A stretch of DNA of 64,000 nt, from NCBI GenBank assembly GCA_951406725.2, contig OX597838.1:20522001-20586000 (forward strand), given 5' to 3'. The translations under genes were made by a program, and so were the position numbers. The DNA is from Octopus vulgaris (lineage: Eukaryota). The notes under the pieces were generated by a model. That model saw nothing but the letters and a program-made list of their open reading frames with translations, had not been told where the DNA came from and did no database searches. Position 1 is the stretch's first letter. Every line of letters starts with the position of its first letter. This document shows positions 1 to 12,157 of this stretch, in pieces.

Positions 1-248
1 GCCATGTGCCTCCACTTCAGGTCTGATGAGTATATCTTGAATGTTTGGATAATGCAAAATGTGATGAGCAAGAAAGAAAAAATGTCGGCTTTTAAACTTT
101 TATTACAGAAACACTGAACTGAAAACACCAAATAATAGTTGACACGAGTATATTGACACGAGATTGCAATTGATGAAACACCGATATTGACTGATGAAGA
201 GAGAATTTAGAAGAAAATATCGGAAAACGTGGTAATTGTAATACTTAC

Positions 249-376
249 TAATCAGGTATGGATTATGTACGTATCCACCATGTTTCAGAATTCTACTTGA
301 AGTTGTTGACTGAGAACCAGGACTCCATTTGTTGATGGAACCAATATTTACTTTAACCCTTCTGACATTTCCTTCG
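249..376 (-). pseudogene. Orphan exon 3 of a 5'-truncated S1 serine protease copy; any downstream exons would lie left of the window
   Basis: 128-nt AG..GT-bounded exon encoding EGNVRRVKVNIGSINKWSPGSQSTTSSRILKHGGYVHNPYLI, homologous to exon 3 of genes A/B/C. Intron-2 homology stops at about 447, and no exon 1 or 2 lies between it and gene A. Confidence 0.85.
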
Positions 377-1090
377 CTAAAATCAAATCAAATATGGCGG
401 ATCTTTAACAGGCAATAATTTTATACCGTAGTATGCTTGAAACTGTATACAATAATAAAGTCGCCAGCTAGTTAATTTGTATTGTATAACTATTGCTAAA
501 AGAAAGTATTTATTAAAATCTAGACTGCGTGGCACCTTAAGCAAGTGTCTTCTACTATAGCCTCGGGCCGACCAAAGCCTCGTGAGTGGATTTGGTAGAC
601 GGAAACTGAAAGAAGCTCGTCGTATATATGCATATATATATATGAATGTGTGTGTATATGTTTGTGTTTGTGTTTGTCCCCCCAACATTGTTTGACAACT
701 GATGGTGGTACATTTACGTCCCCGTAACTTAGCGGTTCGGCAAAAGTGACCGATAAAATAAGTACTAGGCTTCTAAAGAATAAGTCCTGTGGTCGATTTG
801 CTTGACTAAAGGCGGTGCTCCAGCATGGCCACAGTCAAATGACTTAAACAAGTAAACGAGTAATAGAGTAGATTTCAAGATGTCATTTTGTAATACTTTA
901 GCATTCTGCATTCTTCAGGTAAATTCCGTTTTGCTTTTGAAATAGGAACAACGAAAACATCTACCGTCTGTGAAACAGAAACTGATATTGCTGTACTAAT
1001 CGCTGTTATGATCTAGTTATAATCTCTACAGACTTTCCTAACAATATAGTGGAACAATGGGAAAAGAGATACACACGACTGTCATACCTA

Positions 1091-1782
<692 letters not shown>

Positions 1783-1836
1783 TAGGAAATACCATTCTTC
1801 TACAAAATTATTAGAAACAAACTTGCAAACAGAGAT

Positions 1837-2178
1837 GTACTGAGACCCGCTTCGGTCATGACTGACCATGGGATTGCATCTAGAAAGTTACCCTCCGAGG
1901 CACAAGTCCGGGTTAGGTTGTTTATGGAAGACCAGCAGTCGCCCATGCATACCAGCCTCTCTTCTTCACGCCACCAGTGTTATCTAAGGAAAGGCAAAGG
2001 GGCCGATACAGCTTGGCACCTTTGACGTCGCAACTCATTTCTACAGCTGAGTGAACTGGAACAACGTGAAATAAAGTGTCTTGCTCAAGAACTCAACGCG
2101 CAGCCCGTTCCGGGATTCGAGTTCACAACCTCACGATCGTAAGCTCGATGCTCTAACCACTGAGCCATGCGCCTTCAA
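1837..2178 (-). mobile_element. tRNA-derived SINE with 12-bp target-site duplication
   Basis: The minus-strand head tggctcagtgg...tcgaatcc contains Pol III A/B boxes. Flanked by the direct repeat gcaaacagagat (1825-1836 and 2179-2190). A paralogous copy is at 24869-25210. Confidence 0.8.
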
Positions 2179-2218
2179 GCAAACAGAGATATAGTTGAAC
2201 ATTCTCATGTAACAGTAT

Positions 2219-2251
<33 letters not shown>

Positions 2252-2351
2252 TTGATAAATTGTTTTATATATTTATTAATTTGTTAATACATTGTGAATA
2301 ATATTCTAGTGATATTCCTTTGCAAATAGACATCTTTATTTAAAGTACTTC

Positions 2352-4574
2352 TTACAGGTTAGTCTGGATCCAGTCTCGGAAATATCCGACATCGCTGAAA
2401 GCGCTGATTTCCATGTCACATTTACGTCCAAAGGAAGTTACACCAGCTAAGACCATTTGACCATTTGAACTTGGACAATAAAGTGGACCACCAGAGTCAC
2501 CCTGAAAAAAACACAAACAATATAAACTTATATTTAGTGAAAACGCAGCACAAGGTCAAACAGAGGTGGAAAACGATGAAATAGAGGTCGTAAAGGAGTA
2601 CGTCAGCTCGAAGTAAAAAGTTGATATGCGTCGAGACATGGAGACTGAAATCTCGAGGAGAATAACGACACGATGGAAGGTGTTAGCCTCCATAAAAGAT
2701 GTGCTCAAATCAAAGCTAGACAACTTAAAGGTGGTAATTCGGGAACAAAGCGGATTGAAGGATGCGATCGAGAATATGAGAACCACAAGTTTCACAGGGC
2801 CGGACATGTTGCAAGGCTCACAAGCAATAGGTGAACCCATGCAATTGTCGAATGGTTACCAAGAGATCGGAAAGGTCACTTGGGAGGGCCGTCTAACGGC
2901 AATGGGGAGATAATTTAGTAAAACGATTTTGGAGAAGATGGAAAGAAATAATTTAGTAAAACGATTTTGGAAGATTTTTGCAAGATGGAAAGAAAAGCGT
3001 AAGAAAGATTTGGAAGCTCCTTAAGACCAGCGGCGAATAATAACATTTGACAGCGTGGTCAATACAGAGGAGCAGTGAGATCACAAAATGAATCATTTGT
3101 TTAATATATTATTCAATAGAGAACTTTACTTGTAAAGTTGAATAGTTTTCTTTTCGCCAGCTTCAGCTTTTGTGGATCCGATATACTTGCATCAATACAG
3201 ACATGCACACACATACACATAAATAATGCGTGTGTGTATGCGCGTATGTGTGTGTATATTAGCGACGGGGGGCAATATTAATACAGTGAGGGAATAATTT
3301 ATCCCATCTTAAAAGTGGATGTTCTGTTAGAACAGGCTATACTGTGGTAGATGCCATGAGAGAAACTCTCATATTGGCTTTTGGTGCAAAATGTATTCTT
3401 GTTTATATCGAAAGCGGGGAGACATATCCCAGCCATCTGCAGCAAAATGTATATTTATCATTTAAGGAGATATATCGGTTAGATATCACTAGAGGTATAT
3501 ATTCTTATTTCTTTATTGCCCACAAGGGGCTAAACATAGAAGGGACAAACAAGGACAGACAAACAAATTAAGTCGATTAAATCGACCCCTGTGGGTAACT
3601 CGTACTTAATTTTATTGACCCCGAAAGGGAAAGTCGACCTCGGCGGAATTTGAACTCAGAACGCAGCGGCGGACGTAATACCACAAACATTTCGCCCGGC
3701 GTGCTAACGATTCTGCCAGCTCACCACCTGACTAGAGGTATATATTCTATAATATCAAAATCACATACCTGGCAAGTAGATGCTCCACCTTGTCTGAAAT
3801 CTCCGGCACAGAGAACTCCCTCAGCAATTCGCATCATTGACTTTTGTGTACATACATCATGAGGAATAGCTGGAAGAGCCACTTTGTATAATTCGTCAGT
3901 ACTGTTTCCTTTAACTGAAAATAACACAATTGAATGATGATTAATATCGATTGACGATGATTAAATTGAGATGATAGGAACATCAGATGGAAATTTCATG
4001 ATACTTACATTGGAAATCTCCCCATCCAGCAGCGATACATTTTCGGGTACCAAATGTTTCTCCTTTACTGGCCAATTGTGCAAACTGGACACATCTACCT
4101 TCACGGACTGCCTCGCTCAAAGTCAGTATGGCAATGTCGTTCTCTGTAAGAGGAAAATATACGCATATGTTAGACATACATGTATACTAGCGATGCATAT
4201 ATGTAGTGTCATTATGTATATACAGATATATATGATGGATACTCATCGAATAGACATGCGTGCAATATAGACATAAATATTTGATGACCATGTATGTATG
4301 TATGTAAGTATGTATGTATAAGTGGTTGTGAGCTCGATTCTCGGAGCGGGCTGTGTTTTGAGCAAAACGTTTTTTTCCACCTTTCTCCAGTCCACTCGGT
4401 TAGAGAACTGGGTTGTGACGTCACTGGTGCCAAACTGTATCGGCCTTTGCCTGTTCCTTGGGCAACATCGGAGCTATGGAGAGGGGAGAGTGGACTTACA
4501 CCTTGCAGGGGAACTTACTCGTTGCTATCTCTTGATTATGACCGAAAGGGGTCTTTACCTTATATATTAAGAAA

Positions 4575-4648
<74 letters not shown>

Positions 4649-7276
4649 ATACGTTCTTTTATTACTTTATGCGTTTCTGCTCAAAGAGTTTTGTTTCGTC
4701 ATACTGGGCACCGCCGAATACCATCCCTTTTTCACTGGCCATTCTCATGTGATTAGCTTTTGGTGGATGTGGTAGTTCGATTCTGCTGCCCTCTTTTGGG
4801 TTATTTTCCGTGATACGGGTTTATCTCAGATCTTGTACTGCAGAAGATCATACGGAACTCTCCGGGTTTTTCGCAGGATATTAAATAGCTGTGGGCCATT
4901 GCATCCCAAGCTCTTGCAGTGCCTATGTATATCATTGCATGTGTCTCCTGTTTTCGCTCTAGAGAGTAGAATCTTCCAGTCTCCCTTAGTAACTCAGGCA
5001 TTTCAGGGTTGTAGTCTTCCTAGCACAGCTGAACTACCTGAAGTTAAGCCATTAATTTCACACTGTGGAGTGACTATAGTTGAGAGCAGTTGTCCAGATG
5101 GCAGAGGACAAATGCACTCTGTAACGATCAGAATAATTTCTTGGTCTTTTGTTCTGAAAGTGTTTAGTGTCCATCCACTCATTCGCTTCCACATTGCCAC
5201 CGTCTTTATGATACGTACACGAAACGAAGCATCGTTGCTCACATCAATATCGCGGTCACACATTGTGTTTGACTCTGGACTGGCTGATCTTTTATGTCCA
5301 AATTGCTTTTGTTGTGACGTGTTAGCACAAGCCGACTGATAGCTGAGGGCTTGGAATTTTCCTACATTAAATTGCATGCACTTTTCTTCAGCCCATTTAT
5401 GTGACATCTGAGTCTTTTTGTGGAAGATTAGCGTCGAGTGTGTCCATGTCTGTTTGTGTTACTTTTATGTTGTCGGCGTGGCTAGCAGCTGTTGTTGTTT
5501 ATATAACTGATACCATGGCCGAGACAGCCATCAAGACAATTCCCTGAGACACTACTCTCATTATTAATGCCCCCTTGGAGAGGAACCCGTTGGCTGCCAT
5601 AGCCTGGCTCTGTTTTTTAAGAAGTCATGTAACCATCTTCTTTTAAACATTTATTACAGAAACCCTGAAGTGAAAAGACCAAACATTAGTTACCACATTG
5701 CAGTTGATGAAATAGTAATATTTACTGATATATGGTTGAGAGGAAGAAAGAATTTAGAAGAAAATATCTGAAGACGTGATAATTGTAATACTCACTCATC
5801 AGGTATGGAGTATCTACGTATCCACTATGTTTCAGAATTCTACTTGCAGTTGTTGACTGAGAACCAGCACTCCATTTGTTGTTGGAACCAATATTTACTT
5901 TAACCCTTCTGACATTTCCTTCGCTAAAATCAAATCAAATATGACAGATCTTTAGCAGACAGTAATTTTATACCGTATTATACTTGAAACTGTCCTCTTA
6001 GACATTAAAATATTTGACCATTCATTAAAGTATTGTAACAGATCTCTCTTATATTGCTCTGTTATTATTAAACGTTGATGTCCATTCCAATGTTGCAATT
6101 CGGATCGTGTGTGTTATTAAAGTATATTTATATAGGTGTTGTTGGTCTGAACGATATGAAGCACACAGAAATTCAAATGAACAATTAATACAGACAAAAT
6201 ATAGAAGAATGTTCAGAGATTGAAGTGATGTATTCATTCGCCTCAATATATTTCAAGTTGGAAATTAAATATATATTTTTATCTAAATATTCCCACCTGC
6301 TTATGGTGAAAGTTAATATATTCAAACATTGTTGAAAACAGAATTCTATGCAAATTTTAGCCTGATATTAAAGCTAGTATATGTGTTGCTGTTTACACCA
6401 ACATCAAATTCTTTTCAACATTTATGTTATAAAACACAGAAATTGAACTTTTTTCATTAACACCAAGTGATGTAATATAAAGATGTGAGAACGTAAATCT
6501 GTAATGTATATACTTACAGGCAGTGGGCTGCTGTCAATACGTGTGTAGAATCAATCAAAGTACCTCCGCAGAAACTAATCATGTTATCTGTGGGTTGGTT
6601 ATATATTTTGAGGTGGACAATGGAAGGAAACTCGCAGTTTTGTGCTTTAGATCCACCGACGATCTGTGTTTCTGGTGCTGAAAGAGAATCACAAGACGAA
6701 ATAAATATATATTTGTAGACTGATCATTCTTCAATGTCTACGATATATCAATCACTGTAATTTGTACGACTGTAGTTTTTTTGGCGTTTTAATTAAATGC
6801 GAAAGAAATATTTTTCATCCTTTCTTTGACATTGAATTTATGTGTGGCTTTTTCTGACTCATGTTTCAAAATTAAAATCGTGAAAATAACCGGTGTTAAT
6901 ATCGGATTTCAAAAGTTCGATAATGTCGCACACTGAAACGGGTGATACGACTTACGTTGGGTGGACGCCTCCAGACGATGAAGTAGGCTAGCCAAATACG
7001 TAGATATAGAGGGAGAAATCTAGACGTCGGCAGAGGAGTAGAGCTGAGTTGAGGTCATCGGAATGTGCGCCATAACAGCATCTCATCCTCGTCGCCACTG
7101 TTATGTGGCACGTTCGAATGACCTCTACTCAACTCAACTCCTCAGCCGATGTCTAGACTTCTCCCTCTATATCTACGTAATGGGCTAGCCTACTTCATCG
7201 TCTGGAGGCGTCCACACAACAACTTACCAGCAAAAACTGAAGCAACCGTAACAAGAAGGCAACAGAGAGACAACAT
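2352..7276 (-). CDS. Gene A: secreted chymotrypsin-like S1 serine protease, 255 aa. Exons 7228-7276, 6518-6677, 5796-5923, 4009-4143, 3769-3914, 2352-2501
   Basis: Exon lengths 49+160+128+135+146+150=768 nt, open frame, GT-AG introns. Signal MLSLCCLLVTVASVFA, pro APETQ, mature IVGG, LTAAHC, NDIAIL, AGWG, STCQGDSGGP, ending WIQTNL*. AATAAA at 2335-2340. Confidence 0.93.
2535..3050 (+). mobile_element. Degenerate RTE-type LINE 3' fragment in intron 5; also in gene B (about 12360-12840) and gene C (about 24000-24500)
   Basis: Broken frames with EISRRITTRWK...IREQSG...AGHVAR motifs, typical of the RTE ORF C-terminus. Confidence 0.65.
4690..5640 (-). mobile_element. Degenerate CR1/L2-like LINE reverse-transcriptase fragment in gene A intron 3
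   Basis: Minus-strand frames give SQGIVL, HADNIK (YADD-like) and WAEEKCMQFNVGKFQAL, with many stops and frameshifts. Absent from intron 3 of B and C. Confidence 0.6.
6956..7220. repeat. Long near-perfect foldback (about 122-bp arms, about 19-nt loop) in gene A intron 1
   Basis: 6956-7078 is the reverse complement of 7098-7220 with scattered mismatches. Flanked by the direct repeat acttac (6950-6955 and 7222-7227). Confidence 0.9.
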
Positions 7277-7314
7277 GGTGATTCTAGATGTTCAGTTATC
7301 TGTGTAGAATAATT

Positions 7315-7395
7315 CCACTGATGCTAGAGTTATGAATCGTGTGGTATTTATAGGTAAGTATCATTAGGAAAACATCTTTGAGGAAAGAACAGCAG
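7315..7395 (-). promoter_or_regulatory. Gene A core promoter (TATA plus Inr-like)
   Basis: TATAAA at 7347-7352 (-) and a TCAGT Inr-like motif about 30 nt downstream. The same layout occurs in all paralogs. Confidence 0.65.
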
Positions 7396-9349
7396 TAATT
7401 ATTCATCAATTTTCGAACAATAAGTCAAAGAACAACCGAGAATGTTTTAATGTAAAGTAATTTATGTTATGACATGAAATATATAATCAATACAACTTTA
7501 TATTATATCACTAAAGTGCTGTTCTAATTTCCATTGAACGAGTATTGTCATCTTTTGAGTTGTATTGAACTATCTTAAATTAATACATCTTCAAAATAGC
7601 TCCCATATTTTTTATAAGTACGCAAAAAACAATTACCTTTTGTGTGATAAGAAATATTTTATTGTGTTGACCACTCAGATGATTTCAATGGAAGATTGAT
7701 CCACCCAAATATTATTCTTTCACCTGTCATTTTAAAATGATATATCTGTTTATATTAATGTTGTATAGTTATTTCTTGCTTAAAAATATTTCCTGTTAAT
7801 TAATAAACGCGAATATGTTGGGATTATTGTCCTCGTCTTCGCTGTAATTGTTACAGCTTTTTGCCCGTTACATTCTTCAGTCTTTTTCAGTTTCTGCCGA
7901 ATTCCGTAACTCTCAAGATAGAATACGGGTTTCGAAGCGAACCTTTGTATTATATCTATGGTTGTGTATAGTCCTCGTTCCAGTATCTGTATCAGCACTA
8001 TTCTCCCATTTGTTACTCTTTTTACATGTGATGTCTCTTGATCGTTTCTCTTGGAACGAACTGTTTATTATTGTTTGCGTGACTCAGAGGCAGAACTCAT
8101 GCTCGTTAGTTCTCCTACGATACCGATCACTTTATCAACTCTTATACACATTGTCATATGGTCATGTAAGGGAATTATGTAACAAAAATTAGAAATATCA
8201 AAACCTAATTTTTTTATGGTCATAAGCGAAATGTTCTTTCATTCTTCAAAAGAGGCCCCTATAAAGTGTTAATCTCTATGTTAGTTCTACTGAGAACTTT
8301 ATCAATGGCGTTCGAGGACATCTCTTTTGAAGAAAGACACTAACATAAAATATCATGACCAATAACTTTGTGTACTACACCCCGTGGAACTTTATATTAA
8401 GCTATATCACCTCATATAAAGGGAGACTATGTACCCCTTAAGTTTAGGACTACATTGTAAAGCTATGATCTGTGTGTGGGATGGAGAAAAAATAAAGCAG
8501 TTGTGACAGAAAACAGAAGCCAACAGCTTTTGCGGAACAAAGTCAAGATGATAGAATATTAATATATAATATATAATATATTAATACATTAATACAACGA
8601 CTGGAAACGCCATCATATACGCTTGTTATGCGATAGTTCTGTACTGTTAGCGTAGCGATGATTTTGATAATATGTGAAAGCGTGAAAGTGCTTTCTCGGT
8701 TGAATTAGGAATTGTTTTATGTATTTGAAAACTGCGTATATGGTTGTTTTGATATAGGATATGTTGGCTATCCGTTCCTGGGATTTCTCTTTAGAGCAGC
8801 CAATAGTGGTCGGTACTGAGCAGCTTCAATACTCGTTCAAAAATTTAGTGAACTTCAGAAAAACTGTTCTTGCTGTAAATCGTGGTATATAGCCTTATAC
8901 ACCACGAGTAATGAGACAGCACAATAGCATCAACTATTGGCAAATCTGAACATGAGACTCAAGAATGGATTGCCAACATCTCCCACTTCGAAACAACCAT
9001 ATATGCATGTTTCAAATACAGAAGACAATTCCTAAATCAACCCAGGAAGCATTTTCACATATTGCTAAAATCAGTGGAGCCTCAAAATTTAGCTGTCTTT
9101 TATCTTTTGTCATTTACTTTTTTCAGTCATTAGACTGCAGCCATGCGAACTGTAGTCGAAAAACTGGGCCTCAGGATTTTTTTAAAAGCCTGTTACTTAT
9201 TCTGTCGGTCTTCCTTTGGCGAACCGCTAACTTTTGGGGACGTAAACACATCAATACCAGTTGTCAAGCATTGGGGAGGACAAACACATTGGAAATCTGG
9301 CTCCACGGCAAGACAAGTTAATTGGTGAGAAATATAGTTTTATCAAATA

Positions 9350-9740
9350 CTAGCAGTAGCGCCCGGCGTTGCTTGGGTTTCTTTCGACCCCTTAGATTTG
9401 AAATTTTTGAAAAGTTAAAATTTTGCATTATGTAGCTTGTTATTCTCTTTAAGTGAACATTTTTCTGGTTGAAATACACCGAAAAATGGCGACACAGCAG
9501 TCAAAAAATCATAAAACATAGGGATTTTCATAGAAAAAAAGCACTTTTTTGATGTAAATAATTTTTGGTGTTAACGTGGTCCGATTTGAGTTTTTTCTTC
9601 TACGGAAGGAAGAGCAAGCCTTCTTCTATCATACTCTCAACTTTGGTCAACTTGCACCGCAGGGTCTCGGAGGAGATAGTGTTAGTTGAAGGCTACCAAC
9701 CTGCCATACACAGACAGCTTCAGCTTCATATATAGAGAGA
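9350..9740 (-). mobile_element. Non-autonomous Helitron-like element
   Basis: TC-TATATA-like 5' end, GC-rich subterminal motif (gcaacgccgggcg) and CTAG|T 3' end. Same family as 43618-44030 and 48705-49097. Confidence 0.65.
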
Positions 9741-9967
9741 TTTCTTTAAAAAGAGTTACAAATGACAGACATATGTAAGGAATAAGATTCCGCTACTAAA
9801 TCATGAAACAAACTTGAACACGGTGAAATAGGCGAAAATTCTCATGTAACATTCTAACAACAACGACCAAGATAGATTATTTTATATATTTATTAATTTG
9901 TTAATACATTGTGAATAATACTCTAATAACATTCCTTTATAAATAGAAATTTTCTTTAAAGTATTCC

Positions 9968-11019
9968 TTACAGGTGACTCTCGATCCAGTCTCGGAAATA
10001 TCCGACATCGCTGAAAGCACTGGCTTCGTTGTCACATTTATTTCCGAAGGATGTTATTCCTGCCAAAACCATTCGACGTTTAGAGTTTGGACAAAAAAGT
10101 AGGCCACCAGAGTCACCCTGAAAGAAAAAACACAAACACTATAACTTTATATTCATTGAAAGTATTAGATACTGAATAAGGTCCGTAGTGAATATTTCAG
10201 ATAATTAGTCATTTATTCTTTTTTATTCTTTTATGTTTTGTCTTGTTGCAGACATTTGACTGACACCACGTTTAGCCAAGCAAAAACAACAAAAAAAAGG
10301 GCATATTCTTTGTAAGCCCAGTACTTATTCGATCGGTCTCTTTTGCCAAACCACTGAATGCAATTTTGTATTAAATCTAACTTTGATTCCACGTCTTTTT
10401 CTCCTCCATTTTTAATACTTGTTTATGGTATATTTATATCTATAACGCGCTCGAAACGTTAAACCCTCCTTCTTTCCGTCTTTCCTGAGCGTCCAATAAT
10501 ACTATATTTGTTCTACGTCCGCGCCTTGTGTTTTTTTGTGCTTTCTTGTTTGGATTAACTTTATATATACATTATATATACAGATATAAATACATAATTT
10601 ATATATATATATATATACATACATACATACATACATACATACATACACATATATATAAAGTGAGAGGGATGAGAGAAAGAAATATATATGTGTGTGTATG
10701 TGTGTGTATAATCTTTTATTTTTTCATTTGTTTCAGTCATTTGACTGCGGCCATGCTGGAGCACCGCCTTGGGTCAAGCAATTCGACCCCAGGACTTATT
10801 CTTTGTAAGCCTAGTACTTATTCTATCGGTTTCTCTATCATTGAGAATGATAGGAGCATTTGATGAAAAATTCATGATACTTACATTTGAAATGTCCCCA
10901 TCTAGCAGCGATACATCTTCGGGTACCGAATTTTTCTCCTTTTCTGGCCAATTGTGCATAGCGGACACATCTAGTTTCATGGACTTGGTGCGTCAAAGTC
11001 AGTATGGCAATGTCGTTCT
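9968..11019 (-). pseudogene. S1 protease fragment with exon 4 (10885-11019) and exon 6 (9968-10117) only
   Basis: Exon 4 NDIAILTLTHQVHETRCVRYAQLARKGEKFGTRRCIAARWGHFK (GWG changed to RWG). Exon 6 GDSGGLLFCPNSKRRMVLAGITSFGNKCDNEASAFSDVGYFRDWIESHL*. Exons 1-3 and 5 not found. Confidence 0.85.
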
Positions 11020-11139
11020 CTTTGAGGGTAAAACATACGTATATGTTAGGCAGGCATATGAACTAATTATGACTATATATTAGCCTCTGCACGCATTTTT
11101 TCTCTCTCCTTGTTTCTTTCTGTGTTTCCTTTCTGTGTA

Positions 11140-11177
11140 TCTTTCTGTTGAAGAGCGTAGGCTCGAAACGTAAAAGA
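11140..11177 (+). ncRNA. Minimal type I hammerhead-like motif (A6U variant) in a Penelope-like short repeat
   Basis: tcttt-CTGTTGA-a-GAGC(gtag)GCTC-GAAA-CG-TA-aaaga. Stem I tcttt/aaaga; the core differs from CUGANGA at position 6. Confidence 0.5.
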
Positions 11178-11273
11178 CTTGTTTTATTTATATTCCTGAG
11201 CGCCATACTAATACAATTGTTTGTTTGTATTCCACCTGCCTTCGTCTTTTGTTTATTTTCATAAAGCTTCCCG

Positions 11274-11330
<57 letters not shown>

Positions 11331-12157
11331 TCAATAGTAGATACAGATATGTATGAGGTATATACAGACAATCGTGGAATATAGAAATAAGTTTATATGA
11401 TAGCCATAAATAACATATGTATGTATGCATGTATGTATGTCTGTGTCATTGTTCCGTTTTATTTCAAGATTTCTTGCCAATAGAGAAAGAGCCGGTTTCT
11501 AACCTAGCTTCAAGGCTCCTTCATTGGAACTTCATCATCAACAACAGGGTATTTTTGTATGTATGTATGTATGTATGTATGTATGTATGTATGTATGTAT
11601 GTATGTATGTAGTGGGAGGGCTGAAGGCGCATGGCTCAGTGGTTAGAGCCTTATGCTTACAATCTGGAGGTTGTGAGTTTGATTCCCGGACCGGGCTGTG
11701 TGTTGCATTCTTGTGCACAACACGCATTGCTGCAGTCCACGCAGTTGTAGAATTGAGTTGCGACTTCACGAGTGCCAAGTTCTACTGGTCTTTCCTTTCG
11801 CTTGGACAGCATCGGTGGCGTGGAGAGAGGAGAATGGTATGCATGGGTGACTGTTGGTCTTCCACAAACAACCTTGCTTGGACTTACGCCTTGGAAGGGA
11901 ACCTACTCGCTGCAATCCCATGATCGTTAGTGACCGAATTAGGTCTTTACTCTATAGTAAAAGAGAGAGTGGGGAAAGAGAGAGCGAGAGAGAGAGTGGC
12001 AAAGACGTTAGCAAAGATGTTACATTCTCATGTAACAGTATAACAACAACAACAACAATTTGATAACTTATTTTATATATTTATTAATTTTTAATACATT
12101 GTGAATAATATTCTAGTGATATTCCTCTGTAAATAGACATCTTTATTAAAGTACTTC

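Noticed and set aside
3344-3571. ORF MVDAMRETLIL... repeated three times (also 13141 and 23418)
   Set aside because: Antisense within duplicated intron 5 and running into a SINE; its conservation reflects recent duplication only.
7780-8192. ORFs upstream of gene A repeated at 18744-19156
   Set aside because: Part of the inverted duplicated flank; no recognisable domain or exon structure.
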